A stretch of DNA of 64,000 nucleotides from contig JAZUOO010000022.1 in NCBI GenBank assembly GCA_045604705.1, positions 3,588-67,587 on the forward strand, read 5' to 3'. The DNA comes from Eubacteriales bacterium. Lineage in GTDB: Bacteria > Bacillota > Clostridia > Oscillospirales > CAG-382. The notes under the pieces were generated by a model. The model searched no databases, had not been told where the DNA came from, and saw only the letters and a list, made by a program, of their open reading frames with translations. The first letter of the stretch is position 1. Every line of letters begins with the position of its first letter. Of this stretch, positions 43,254-55,059 are shown one piece after another. The position numbers and the translations under genes are program-made.

Positions 43254-44660
43254 ATGAAAAAACATATAGATTTCAACTACAACGACATACAGGAGCAATA
43301 CGGTCTATGCCGGGAGCTTTGCGAACTGAATGCAGACAAGAATCTCAAAGTCTGCGTGCAGACATTCGGATGCCAGCAAAACGAAGCAGACAGTGAAAGA
43401 ATCCTCGGCTGGGCAATAAAGTGCGGCTACGAAAAATGCGACACTCTCGAAGAGGCAGACCTTATCGTCTTCAACACTTGTGCCGTCCGTGAACACGCAG
43501 AACTCCGTGCCCTTTCAAAAACGGGACAGCTCAAGCACCTTAAAGAAAAGAATCCCGAGCTTCTCATAGGACTCTGGGGCTGTATGGTGGCTCAGGAACA
43601 CAGAAAGAATACAATAAAGCACAGCTATCCTTACGTTGATTTTGTCGCAGGCACAAATATGCTACACAGATTCCCGGAAATTCTCTATGATGTTGTGACA
43701 AACAAGAGAAGAAGATACTACGTTGACACGAAGGATTATTCCATAATCGAGGGCAGTGCCATAGAGCGTGACAGTACTTTCCGTGCATGGGTATCGGTAA
43801 TGTACGGCTGTAATAACTTCTGTACCTACTGCGTAGTCCCCTACGTCAGAGGCAGAGAAAGAAGCAGAAGTCCCAAAGCAATCCTCGACGAAGTACGCGA
43901 ACTTGCGGCAAAGGGGTATAAAGAAATAACACTTCTCGGACAAAACGTCAACTCCTACGGCAAGAGCCTCCCGGAGGAAGAAAGAATAACCTTTGCCCAA
44001 CTACTTGAAGAGATATGCAAAATCGAGGGTGACTTCCTTGTCCGCTTCATGACAAGTCACCCGAAGGACGCCTCCGATGAGCTTATCGAGGTAATGGCAA
44101 AAAATCCGAAAATTGCACGGCACTTCCATTTGCCGATGCAGTCGGGAAGCAGCGAAGTCCTTCGTGCAATGAACCGCCACTACGACAGGGAAAGATACTT
44201 TGAAGTAGCAAAAAAAATCAAAACCGCAATGCCGGACATAACCCTGACAACAGACATAATAGTGGGCTTCCCCGGTGAAACGGAACAGCAGTTTGAAGAT
44301 ACACTTTCCGCAGTAAAAGAAGTCGGCTTCGACTCAATCTACGCATTTATCTTCTCCCCGAGAAACGGCACACCCGCAGCAGAAATGCCCGACCCCTTTA
44401 CAAAAGAGGAAAAGAGCGCAAGATTTTCAAGACTTCTCGAACTTGAATCGGAGGTCAATGCCTCTTTGGGCAAAAAACTTGTCGGCAGAGAAATGCGAAT
44501 CCTCGTTGACACACACCCTGCAGAGGATGGTTACTGCTCGGGCAGAAATTCCGGCAATAAGATTATAAAATTCAAATCCGACAAAGACTATTACGGAGAA
44601 TACATAAACGTAAAGGTAACATCCGCCGAGGGGGCGAGCGTTTATGCAGAAATAATTTAA
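43254..44660 (+). CDS. miaB: tRNA-2-methylthio-N6-dimethylallyladenosine synthase
   Basis: TFGCQQN, NTCAVRE, radical SAM CNNFCTYC, RGRERSR, LGQNVNSYG, TRAM domain. Confidence 0.95.
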   Translation: MKKHIDFNYNDIQEQYGLCRELCELNADKNLKVCVQTFGCQQNEADSERILGWAIKCGYEKCDTLEEADLIVFNTCAVREHAELRALSKTGQLKHLKEKNPELLIGLWGCMVAQEHRKNTIKHSYPYVDFVAGTNMLHRFPEILYDVVTNKRRRYYVDTKDYSIIEGSAIERDSTFRAWVSVMYGCNNFCTYCVVPYVRGRERSRSPKAILDEVRELAAKGYKEITLLGQNVNSYGKSLPEEERITFAQLLEEICKIEGDFLVRFMTSHPKDASDELIEVMAKNPKIARHFHLPMQSGSSEVLRAMNRHYDRERYFEVAKKIKTAMPDITLTTDIIVGFPGETEQQFEDTLSAVKEVGFDSIYAFIFSPRNGTPAAEMPDPFTKEEKSARFSRLLELESEVNASLGKKLVGREMRILVDTHPAEDGYCSGRNSGNKIIKFKSDKDYYGEYINVKVTSAEGASVYAEII

Positions 44661-44792
44661 AATTTACAATGCACAATCGGCTGACATCGGAATAACAATC
44701 TGTAGGGACAATCCCTGTGTGGTCGCCCGTTCCGCCCGGAGCCGTTAGTATTTAACAAACACAATTCACAATCAATCGAAAGGACAAACATT

Positions 44793-45209
44793 ATGACAGA
44801 ACTTCAGATAGTAGAACTCGCAAAAACCTTAGGCAAGGAACTTCAAGGCTGCAAGAAATTTCAGGAATACACAGAAGCAAAAAAAGAATTCTTCGCAAGC
44901 GACGAGCTTAAAACAAAGCTCTCCGAATTTAAAGTACAAAAGGATTTGCTTGACAAGCAGGCAGAGCTGACAAACGCCGACGAGCAGATAATCGACGCCA
45001 TCGGCGCAAGAGCCGAAACTCTTTACCGTGAGATAAACGAGCACCCCGTATATCAGAGATTCCAGACAGCAGAACAGGAATTCAACGTACTTCTCGGTGC
45101 CGTCAACTCCACAATAGGCTCATTCCTTGCAGACCCCGACGAAGTAAAGAGCGCAAGCGGTGCGTGCAGCGGGCATTGTGAGTCTTGCAAGAGCAACTGT
45201 AAGCACTGA
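44793..45209 (+). CDS. YlbF/YmcA (RicAF) family regulator with Cys-rich tail
   Basis: Helical 138 aa protein between miaB and mutS (B. subtilis miaB-ymcA-cotE-mutS synteny); C-terminal CSGHCESC. Confidence 0.75.
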   Translation: MTELQIVELAKTLGKELQGCKKFQEYTEAKKEFFASDELKTKLSEFKVQKDLLDKQAELTNADEQIIDAIGARAETLYREINEHPVYQRFQTAEQEFNVLLGAVNSTIGSFLADPDEVKSASGACSGHCESCKSNCKH

Positions 45210-45217
45210 TAAATCAG

Positions 45218-45476
45218 TGCAATGCTTAATGCGCAAGAAGAATCCGTAGTATTCTTTAAAGAACGCTTTGCGTTCTTCTTAATGCATAATCAAGGATATT
45301 TTTCTTTGAAAAATTACTTTTAATTTAAACTTACAAACTGCAAACTTGTTGCTTTGTTTTACAAGACAATCATAATCACATTAAACCCCAATAAATTCAC
45401 ACAAGAATTTCAATCAAATGAAGAAAGCGAAGCTTTCAACAATAATTATGCATTGTGCATTATGCATTGTGCATTA
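45218..45476. repeat. modular intergenic repeat bracketed by inverted TGCA heptamers
   Basis: AATGCW units at left, double-hairpin module, AATGAAGAAAGC-GAA-GCTTTCAAC and (TGCATTR)4 at right. Confidence 0.7.
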
Positions 45477-45529
45477 AAAAGCTCCAAGTGGGCTTCACAT
45501 CCATCTTAAAGAAAGCCGAGGTGCTTCCA

Positions 45530-48121
45530 ATGCCCTACACGCCCATGATGCTTCAATACTTTGAAGTAAAAGAACAATACAAAGACCACATACTCTTTTA
45601 CCGTCTGGGGGACTTTTATGAAATGTTCTTTGACGATGCAAAAACGGCTTCCCGTGAGCTGGAGCTGACGTTGACAGGTCGTGATTGCGGCATGGAAGAG
45701 CGTGCCCCCATGTGCGGTGTCCCCTATCACAGTGCTGAAGGATATATCGCAAAGCTTGTCAGCCGGGGTTACAAAGTCGCAATCTGCGAACAGGTGGAAG
45801 ACCCTGCAACCGCCAAAGGCATAGTAAAAAGAGATGTTGTAAGAATAATCACCCCGGGTACGGTTACCGAGGGCAGCCTTCTTCTTGACGGCAAGAACAA
45901 CTACCTTTGTGCAATGTTTATCGAAGGTTCCCGTGCAGGCTTTGCCGTTGCGGATATTTCCACGGCAGAGGTTTATGCAACTGACTTTTCGCAAGGCGAC
46001 ATAATCTCAAGACTTACGGGCGAGCTTGCAGTCTACAGTCCCAGCGAGATTATCACCAATATTGACGAGGAAAGCCTTGACGAGCTTGCCGAATACATAA
46101 GAGGCAGACTCGGTGCATTTTTGGGTGCAGGCGAAACCGAAAGATTTTCCAAAGGACTTGAAATACTCTCAAAGCAGTTCGGCAACGACTACCTTACAGA
46201 ATACGGAATAGATGCCGAATCTCCCGCACTCACAGCACTTTCGGCACTTCTCGACTACCTTACCGAAACCCAGAAAAAAGACGTTTCAAGCATAAACAAG
46301 CTCACCTACTACAATAACGAGCAGTTTTTGGCAATAGACGTCAACACAAGAAGAAACCTCGAACTGTGCGAAGCCATGCGTACCCGTGAAAAAAGAGGTA
46401 CACTTCTGTGGGTGCTGGATAAAACAAAAACCGCAATGGGCTCAAGACTCCTTCGCAAGTGGGTGGAACAGCCTCTTGTGTCCGTCAACATGATAAACAC
46501 AAGACAGGAAGCGGTAAAAGAGCTTTTCGGAAGCTTCATCGCAAAGGAAGAACTGCAAACCGAGCTTTCCGGCATAAACGACATAGAAAGACTTCTAACC
46601 AAAATAATCTACGGCACCGCAAACGGCAGAGATCTCACAGCCCTTATGACAACCTGCGAGCACCTGCCGAAAATCCGTGAGCTTCTTGCCGCAATGGAAT
46701 GCCCGGAGCTTTGCGACCTTTACATGAATATAGATGAGCTTTGCGACATAAAAGAAGAAATCCACGCCGCAATCTGCGACAATCCTCCGTTCTCCGTGCG
46801 TGAAGGCGGCTTTATACGGGACGGCTACAATGAACAGGTAGACGAGCTTCGCAGTATCATGGGCGAGGGCAGAAGCTGGATAACACAGATTGAGCAAAAG
46901 GAAAAGGAAGCCACAGGCATAAAAAATCTGAAAATCGGCTATAACAGAGTTTTCGGATACTACATAGAAGTCACAAAATCCAACATAGACATGGTACCCG
47001 AAACCTACATAAGAAAACAAACTCTCACAGGCTGCGAAAGATATATAACCCAAGAGCTTAAAGACATGGAAGCCAAGGTTCTCGGCGCGCAGGATAAAAT
47101 CGTTGCCCTTGAATACGAGCTGTTTGTAAAGCTCTGCTCATTCATCTCGGCAAACGTCGTAAGACTTCAGAGAACCGCCGCACTTCTTGCAAGACTTGAC
47201 GTTTATGTATCACTTGCGGATGTTGCAAGCAAAAACAACTACGTCTGCCCCGAGGTTGACTATTCGGATAAGCTTGACATAAAAGGCGGCAGACACCCGA
47301 TTGTGGAAAAGTATATGTCGGGAAATCAGATGTTTGTTCCAAACGATGCGTACCTTGACGAAAACAGAAGAATAATGCTGATAACCGGTCCCAATATGGC
47401 AGGTAAATCCACATATATGCGTCAGAATGCCCTTATAGTCATCATGGCACAGATAGGCTCATTCGTTCCATGCGAGAGTGCAAGAATAGGCATCGTGGAC
47501 AAGGTATTCACAAGAGTGGGCGCAAGCGATGATTTAGCCTCCGGTCAGTCAACATTTATGCTTGAAATGAACGAGGTAGCATACATCCTTGCCAACGCCA
47601 CAAAAAAGAGCTTTATAATCTACGATGAAATCGGCAGGGGTACCTCCACCTACGACGGTATGAGTATCGCCAGAGCCATAGCCGAATACACCGCAGGTAA
47701 AAAAATCGGTGCAAAAACCATGTTCGCAACCCACTACCACGAACTCACCGAGCTCTCGGAAACCTTCCCCTGCATAGTAAACTACTCAATCGCTGCAAAA
47801 AAGAGAGGCGACGAGCTTATATTCCTGCGCAAAATAGTCGAGGGTGCCGCAGACGACAGCTACGGTATAGAAGTAGCAAAGCTGGCAGGCGTCCCGAATG
47901 AAGTAATAAAGCGTGCGAAAGAAGTCCTTGAAAGCCTTGAAAACGGCATAGGCATCCCTCTTGGCAGAGGCGCAAAGCAAAAGCAGGAAGAACCAACCCT
48001 CTCCTTTGAGGATCTCTCGAAAGACAAAATCTACAGCATGATAAAGCATACCGACCTTGACACATTGTCACCGATTGAAGCGCTTCAAAGGCTTTATGAG
48101 CTTAAGAAATATACTATGTAA
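45530..48121 (+). CDS. mutS: DNA mismatch repair protein MutS
   Basis: TPMMLQY, GDFYEMF, TGPNMAGKST, STFMLEM, DEIGRGT, FATHYHE, SYGIEVAKLAG. Confidence 0.98.
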   Translation: MPYTPMMLQYFEVKEQYKDHILFYRLGDFYEMFFDDAKTASRELELTLTGRDCGMEERAPMCGVPYHSAEGYIAKLVSRGYKVAICEQVEDPATAKGIVKRDVVRIITPGTVTEGSLLLDGKNNYLCAMFIEGSRAGFAVADISTAEVYATDFSQGDIISRLTGELAVYSPSEIITNIDEESLDELAEYIRGRLGAFLGAGETERFSKGLEILSKQFGNDYLTEYGIDAESPALTALSALLDYLTETQKKDVSSINKLTYYNNEQFLAIDVNTRRNLELCEAMRTREKRGTLLWVLDKTKTAMGSRLLRKWVEQPLVSVNMINTRQEAVKELFGSFIAKEELQTELSGINDIERLLTKIIYGTANGRDLTALMTTCEHLPKIRELLAAMECPELCDLYMNIDELCDIKEEIHAAICDNPPFSVREGGFIRDGYNEQVDELRSIMGEGRSWITQIEQKEKEATGIKNLKIGYNRVFGYYIEVTKSNIDMVPETYIRKQTLTGCERYITQELKDMEAKVLGAQDKIVALEYELFVKLCSFISANVVRLQRTAALLARLDVYVSLADVASKNNYVCPEVDYSDKLDIKGGRHPIVEKYMSGNQMFVPNDAYLDENRRIMLITGPNMAGKSTYMRQNALIVIMAQIGSFVPCESARIGIVDKVFTRVGASDDLASGQSTFMLEMNEVAYILANATKKSFIIYDEIGRGTSTYDGMSIARAIAEYTAGKKIGAKTMFATHYHELTELSETFPCIVNYSIAAKKRGDELIFLRKIVEGAADDSYGIEVAKLAGVPNEVIKRAKEVLESLENGIGIPLGRGAKQKQEEPTLSFEDLSKDKIYSMIKHTDLDTLSPIEALQRLYELKKYTM

Positions 48122-48129
48122 GATATGTG

Positions 48130-48895
48130 GCACCTGCGGAGCGTTGTGCGGTATGTGATTGCTGAGATGTCCTCATGGCACATCTTCGTCGTCACGCCCT
48201 ACATATATGCACACCAAAAAAATTAATCAAAGCGAATTGTGATTATTGCAATTTCCTCGTACCGCAGTGCGATACAATATAATCAAAAGCGAAGCTTTTT
48301 ACCTAAATTATGCATTATGCATTATGCATTGTGCATTGTGCATTGCGCATTGTGCATTGCGAAGCAAAACCCTCATGGCACGACACACAGGTCGTGCCCT
48401 ACATAGGTCGCTGCACCCTCGGATATTTTGTTTAATTTGTAATGTTTGCGATGCCTGCGAAGACCCTCTCCGTCAGCTTCGCTGCCACCTCTCCCAGAGG
48501 GAGAGGCAAGATGTGCACCCACGGAGCGTTGTACGGATTGTGATTGTTGCGATGTTCTCATGGCACGACACACAGGTCGTGCCCTACTTTCAGCCAAAAC
48601 CTCAAATCAGCAGAAACCAAAAATTTTAAACTCAGGGGTGATAGGGGGCGCCAGCCCCCTGGGCAGAACAATCGAGCTGTTCCAACAGAAGAAAGCAACA
48701 AAAAATCTTTGAAGCAACACATTTTAGGGTTCAGAAGAATCCTTCGGATTCTTTAAAGTTTGCTTGCAAACTTCTTAGGGACGAAGTCCCTGAGCGGCGT
48801 TTTTTTGGTTACTTTTTTTCGCTGTAGAAAAAACAGTAACGCCCCGCCGGCAAGGCGAAAGGCAAAGATTAGCAGCCGCTTAAACAAAACGCAGC
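48130..48895. repeat. ~770 bp mosaic repeat (REP hairpins, heptamer array, multiple stem-loops), copy 1
   Basis: Blocks 48130-48400 and 48558-48895 are near-identical to 53270-53532 and 53507-53856. Confidence 0.9.
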
Positions 48896-49140
48896 CAGTA
48901 AGAATTCAAAAGAAACCAAAAAACAATAAATCAGAAATCTGTTGAACAAAACGCAGAAAGTAAAAAATCAGCAGAAACCCCAAAAGCCCCAACCCAGCAG
49001 CCTGTTAAACCAACCGCAAAAAGCCACAAATAAAAAACCAAACGCAACAACATCGCAGTTAATCCCCCTTACCAAACCAAACAAAGAGTTCAGAAAAACC
49101 ATCCCTCATTTATCTCATCCCCCGGAGGTGATCCTAAAAA

Positions 49141-51399
49141 TTGGGCATAATCAACGTCCTTGACAAACACACCGCAAACCTAATCGCCGCAGGCGAAGTA
49201 GTCGAGCGTCCCTCCAGCGCAATAAAGGAGCTTCTGGAAAACAGCGCCGACGCAGGAGCAACACAAATAACCGTTGAAATAAAGAACGGCGGCAGCACAT
49301 ACATAAGAGTCAGCGACAACGGCTGCGGAATCTCTGCAGAGGACGTCCCGGTATGTATCCTGCGCCACGCAACAAGCAAAATAAAAGATAAAAACGACCT
49401 TGCGGCAATATCCACATTGGGATTTCGGGGCGAAGCACTCGCAGCAATATCCGCAGTAACACGCCTTAGAATCATAACAAAACGCAAGGAAGACGATACA
49501 GGCACTTACTTTTCCGCAGACTTCGGCGAAAAGAAAGAAATTTCCGAAACAGGCTGTCCCGTAGGTACTACCATAATTGCAGAAAACCTATTTGAAAATG
49601 TCCCGGCAAGAAGAAAGTTTCTTCGCAGAGACGTATCGGAAACAAAAGCCGTCGGTGCGGCAGTGGAAAAATTCGCACTCTCAAAACCGCACATCGCAGT
49701 GACATTTATTTCCGACGGCGGCGTAAAGCTCAAAACCCCCGGTGACGGAAGCCTCAAAAACTGCATCTACGCAGCACTCGGCAAAGAGTTCACCGACAAT
49801 ATGCTCCCGGTATCCTATACCTTGGGCGATATAGAAGTCACAGGCTTTATCGGAAAGCCACAGTTTGCAAGACCAAACAGGAATCTGCAGAATTTCTTTA
49901 TAAATGAAAGATATATAAAATCAGGCACAATGGCGGCAGGACTCGAGGAGGGCTTCAAAAGCTTCTGCCCCATAGGTAAATTCCCCGCTTGCGTGCTGTT
50001 CCTGAAAATAGATTTCGATAAAGTGGACATCAATATCCACCCCGCAAAGCTTGAAGTCAAATTCACAGGCGAGCGACAGGTGTTTGAAACAGTAATGTAC
50101 GCCGTCAGGAACGCCCTTTCAAGAGGCATGAACTCCTTCGCACCGCCAAGGGCACAAAGATTCATCGACAACCTTGAGCGCAAAGCCCCCGACGTTACCG
50201 TCAACAACTCCGAAACCGGCAAGGACACCTTCGTCGAAGCCTTCGCAAAGCCCTCGGAGATGATAGCGGATAAAGGTGTTATTTCCGTACCCAATCCCGA
50301 AAGTATTGAGAAGATTTACGGCAAAGAAAACACAAACGGCGTAAATTCACTAAACTTCGACTACAGTGTGCCGGAATACGCAAAAGCACCCGAATATCCC
50401 AAAGCACAGGAAAGCATACAGAATAAATCAGAAACGGACAACCCCAAAAAGCAAGCCTTGCCGAACCGGGATATTCAAGCCACCGAAAGTCAAGCATCTC
50501 TCGAATTTATTCGGGTTGACTACAACAGTATCGAGGCTCTAAAGAATTCAAAACCAGCCTCTAAAAGCTCCATGCTTGAACAAAAGATCAACGAGATTCT
50601 GAGCAAAAAGAAACCGAAAACGGAAGAATCCCCCGAACAAGCACAAAAAACCGAAGCAACACCGAAAGAAGAATGCTCAAAGAACTCAGGAGAACAAACA
50701 GAGCAGCCTTACTCTCCCGAAGACATATCCCTGTTCCAAAGTATGCCCCGCAAAGCAACCGATACCCCCGAAGCTCCGTTCAAGGAAATTGCAGACAAGG
50801 ATACGGCAGCAGAACTCATGCAAAGAGTCAGCAGCGGAATAACCGTAATCGGCGAAGCCTTCAACTCATATATCATCGTACAGCGTGACTCTACACTTTA
50901 TATGATAGACAAGCACGCCGCACACGAGCGGATAATATACGAATCCCTCAAAAAAGGCAAAAAAGAGGGCGGCACACAGCTGCTTCTCATCCCCATAACA
51001 GTAAATGTAGCCGCCGAGGAATCAATTGCCATAGCAGAAAACGGAGAGTACCTTGAAAATATCGGCTATGTCTTTGAGGAATTCGGAACAAACACATATC
51101 TTCTCCGAGGTATTCCCGCAGAAATTGACACAAGCAGTGCCGGAGAAACCTTTGTATATCTCGCAGGACAAATAGCCAAAGCCGGAGGTAAAGCAATAGG
51201 CGACATCTTTGACAGAGCTCTCTATACCGCAGCCTGTAAAGCCGCAGTAAAAGCAGGGACAAAAACCTCAAAGCTGTCCTCCACAATGATAGCGGATATA
51301 CTCTTCTCGGATGAAGCTGTGCTGTATTGCCCCCACGGAAGACCGGTAATATTGGAATTTACAAAATCAAAGCTGGATAAAATGTTCTCAAGAACCTAA
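49141..51399 (+). CDS. mutL: DNA mismatch repair endonuclease MutL
   Basis: IAAGEVVERP, DNGCG, HATSK, GFRGEAL, DINIHPAK, DKHAAHE, ACK, CPHGRP; TTG start after GGAGGTG. Confidence 0.97.
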   Translation: MGIINVLDKHTANLIAAGEVVERPSSAIKELLENSADAGATQITVEIKNGGSTYIRVSDNGCGISAEDVPVCILRHATSKIKDKNDLAAISTLGFRGEALAAISAVTRLRIITKRKEDDTGTYFSADFGEKKEISETGCPVGTTIIAENLFENVPARRKFLRRDVSETKAVGAAVEKFALSKPHIAVTFISDGGVKLKTPGDGSLKNCIYAALGKEFTDNMLPVSYTLGDIEVTGFIGKPQFARPNRNLQNFFINERYIKSGTMAAGLEEGFKSFCPIGKFPACVLFLKIDFDKVDINIHPAKLEVKFTGERQVFETVMYAVRNALSRGMNSFAPPRAQRFIDNLERKAPDVTVNNSETGKDTFVEAFAKPSEMIADKGVISVPNPESIEKIYGKENTNGVNSLNFDYSVPEYAKAPEYPKAQESIQNKSETDNPKKQALPNRDIQATESQASLEFIRVDYNSIEALKNSKPASKSSMLEQKINEILSKKKPKTEESPEQAQKTEATPKEECSKNSGEQTEQPYSPEDISLFQSMPRKATDTPEAPFKEIADKDTAAELMQRVSSGITVIGEAFNSYIIVQRDSTLYMIDKHAAHERIIYESLKKGKKEGGTQLLLIPITVNVAAEESIAIAENGEYLENIGYVFEEFGTNTYLLRGIPAEIDTSSAGETFVYLAGQIAKAGGKAIGDIFDRALYTAACKAAVKAGTKTSKLSSTMIADILFSDEAVLYCPHGRPVILEFTKSKLDKMFSRT

Positions 51400-51404
51400 A
51401 ATAA

Positions 51405-52559
<1,155 letters not shown>

Positions 52560-52607
52560 ATAGGCACAGAATAATTTGTAAATATTTACTATTTTCCCCT
52601 TTTGTTA

Positions 52608-52636
52608 TTGAAAAATAATAAAAAGCGTGATATAAT
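52608..52636 (+). promoter_or_regulatory. sigma-A promoter of yajC
   Basis: TTGAAA-17nt-TATAAT with TG extension. Confidence 0.55.
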
Positions 52637-52680
52637 ACACTTTGTTATGCAATCAAATTAAATTTTCGGAGGTATTAAAA

Positions 52681-53043
52681 ATGTCACTTACAAACCTTTA
52701 TACACTTCAGGATGCAACAGCAGGTCAGAGCGGCAGTATGCTCGGAATGCTTCTCCCCATCATCCTCATGGTAGCAATTTTCTACTTCATAGGCATCCGT
52801 CCTCAAAAGAAGCAGGAAAAGGAAGCAAAAGCAATGAGAGATAACCTTGCAATCGGCGACGAAATCGTAACCATCGGCGGCATCGTAGGCAAGATTGTTT
52901 CCAAGAGAGAAGATGCCATCGTTATCGAAACAAGCTCCGACAGAACAAAGATGAAATTTGAAACCTGGGCAGTAAGAAATGTTGTAAAGAAAGCAAATGA
53001 AGCAACCGAAAGCAAGCCCGCAACCTTCAAGGTTAAGAAATAA
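52681..53043 (+). CDS. yajC: preprotein translocase subunit YajC
   Basis: TM helix, IRPQKK, GDEIVTIGGIVG; follows tgt. Confidence 0.95.
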   Translation: MSLTNLYTLQDATAGQSGSMLGMLLPIILMVAIFYFIGIRPQKKQEKEAKAMRDNLAIGDEIVTIGGIVGKIVSKREDAIVIETSSDRTKMKFETWAVRNVVKKANEATESKPATFKVKK

Positions 53044-53105
53044 TATACCTGCAGTTATTCTCTTAATTAGTTTTGAGAGTAATTCATACAGAGCCAAACC
53101 AAAAT

Positions 53106-53140
53106 CCGAGGTCAAACAGCAACCGACCTCGGTTCTTTTT
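53106..53140 (+). terminator. rho-independent terminator after yajC
   Basis: CCGAGGTC-loop-GACCTCGG-TTCTTTTT. Confidence 0.75.
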
Positions 53141-53169
53141 ATTGCCCGGAATAAAGAAATGGGTATAGT

Positions 53170-53856
53170 TGTGCCCACGGAGCATTGTGCGGATTGTGAT
53201 TGTTGCGATGCCTGCACCCTCTCCGTCAGCTTCGCTGCCACCTCTCCCAAAGGGCGAGGCATGGTTTGTGCACCTGCGGAGCGTTGTACGGTATGTGATT
53301 GCTGAGATGTCTGCCACGGCGTGCCCAAGATGGTACATCTTCGTCGTCACGCCCTACATATATGCACACCAAAAAAATTAATCAAAGCGAATTGTGATTA
53401 TTGCAATTTCCTCGCACCGCAGTGCGATACAATAAAATCAAAAGCGAAGCTTTTTACCTAAATTATGCATTATGCATTATGCATTGTGCATTGCGAAGCA
53501 AAACCCTCATGGCACGACACACAGGTCGTGCCCCACTTTCAACCAAAACCTCAAATCAGCAGAAACCAAAATTTTAAACTCAGGGGTGATAGGGGGCGCC
53601 AGCCCCCTGGGATGGACAATCGAGCTGTTCCAACAGAAGAAAGCAACAAAAATCTTCGAAGTACATCCCAAAGGGTTCAGAAGAATCCTTCGGATTCTTT
53701 AAAGTTTGCTTGCAAACTTCTTAGGGGCAAAGCCACTAAGCGGTCCTTTTTTGGTTACTTTTTTTGACTGTTGAAAAAAAGTTAGCTCGCTTGCGAGATT
53801 TCTCCCCGTCGGCAAGGCGAAAGGCAGAGATTAGCAGTCTGTCAAACTTAACGCAG
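53170..53856. repeat. ~690 bp mosaic repeat, copy 2 (modules reordered)
   Basis: Shares modules with 48130-48895 and 14482-14526. Confidence 0.9.
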
Positions 53857-53994
53857 AGTGTTTGAAATTAAGCAAAAACCCAAAAACACCAATTCAGAAG
53901 TTATTACAATCAAGAAAAAAATCTCAATTCACGAATATCCCCAAATCCTCCCACATATAAATAAAAACAAAGAACCAACAAAGGGAGAATACCA

Positions 53995-54432
53995 ATGGAC
54001 AACAGCCTGTACAAAAAAAACACCACCACATCCAAGAAACCCGGCGGTACCTCAGCCATACTTCGAGGTCTCATAACCGGCGTAATATTCTTCACTGCCT
54101 GCATCCTCATCATTCCTCTGATACTTTCAAAAACCGAAACTCCGGAAGCCTACATATCCACCGCGGCAGTAATAACGGTATCGTTGACAGCTTTCGTATC
54201 GGCATTTGCCGCAAATTCCGGACGGGACGGAAGCTTTCTTTTCACCGGAATCCTTACATCGCTTGTAATAATTCTGATCCTCGTATCCCTCTCAATTGTA
54301 TTCGGAAAAAGTGAGGATGACAAGAACTATCTGTTCTCCGGCATTCTTTACGCTGCGAGCTTCATCTTCTCAATATTCGGAGCAAGAATGTCCCGCAAAA
54401 AAAGAAAAAAAGCAAAAAAGAAAAGAAGATAA
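53995..54432 (+). CDS. membrane protein (TIGR04086-like)
   Basis: 4 TM helices with basic C-terminal tail; position downstream of yajC. Confidence 0.65.
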   Translation: MDNSLYKKNTTTSKKPGGTSAILRGLITGVIFFTACILIIPLILSKTETPEAYISTAAVITVSLTAFVSAFAANSGRDGSFLFTGILTSLVIILILVSLSIVFGKSEDDKNYLFSGILYAASFIFSIFGARMSRKKRKKAKKKRR

Positions 54433-54448
54433 CCCAATACAAACCAAG

Positions 54449-54488
54449 AAGGTGTACCCGAATTTTTCACGGATACACCTTGTTTTTT
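54449..54488 (+). terminator. terminator between convergent genes
   Basis: AAGGTGTA(C)CCG...CGGATACACCTT followed by T-run. Confidence 0.7.
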
Positions 54489-54525
54489 ATTCATTCTGTA
54501 TTAGTGCACTTTACCTCTGCAGTCC

Positions 54526-55059
54526 CTACTTCGGCTGACGAAGCTCCTTTGCATAAACCTCCGTATAAAACACTCTGTCCCTCAAAGGCGAAGGCTCACA
54601 CTTCATAAGACTTATTCTCTTGACTGGGATTGTCGCCGTAAAGTCTGTTTCAGGCACCATTTCCTTGGCAACAACCGTATCTCTAGAAACCGTAAGATGC
54701 GGCTTAAAATCATTCTTTTCCTTTATTACGCCTTTTCTGACAAGACTTCTGTAAAGTATTTTCTGAAGCTTGATAAGTTCGGTGCTCTCTTCTATGCCGA
54801 CCCAATATACTTCGCCGCCGGAACGTCTGAACTTGCCGTTGTCGGAAAGTGAAATTTCGAATCGTTCTGCATCTATTGCGTCCATAGTCTCGACGACTGC
54901 ACCTATACGGGTAGTCTCACCTATATAAACAAGCGATAAATGTATGTTGTCCTTTTTAGTAAATGTGCCTTTATCGCAGTTCCGTGTCAACAGCTTCATG
55001 TGGTCATATAAAATTTGTTTTGATTCTTCTTCAAAATTGATTGAAATCAGTAACTTCAT
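54526..55059 (-). CDS. thpR: RNA 2',3'-cyclic phosphodiesterase (2H phosphoesterase)
   Basis: Two HxS/T motifs (NIHLSL, FKPHLTV). Confidence 0.85.
   Translation of the reverse strand: MKLLISINFEEESKQILYDHMKLLTRNCDKGTFTKKDNIHLSLVYIGETTRIGAVVETMDAIDAERFEISLSDNGKFRRSGGEVYWVGIEESTELIKLQKILYRSLVRKGVIKEKNDFKPHLTVSRDTVVAKEMVPETDFTATIPVKRISLMKCEPSPLRDRVFYTEVYAKELRQPK

Noticed and set aside
45455-45529. N-terminal extension of MutS from GTG at 45455
   Set aside because: Starts inside the heptamer array; ATG at 45530 has a GAGGTG RBS and gives the typical TPMM start
48869-49060. CRISPR-like 62-63 nt periodicity
   Set aside because: Repeats are highly degenerate, intervening sequences resemble each other rather than being unique spacers, and no cas genes are present
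48246-49163. Short ORFs within the mosaic repeats (also 53084-53767 and 14436-14972)
   Set aside because: They are translations of repeat DNA (HYALCIMH from TGCATTA heptamers), lack RBSs and have indels between copies
50150-50820. Long low-complexity region in MutL as possible intein or insertion
   Set aside because: It coincides with the normally variable inter-domain linker and lacks intein splice motifs
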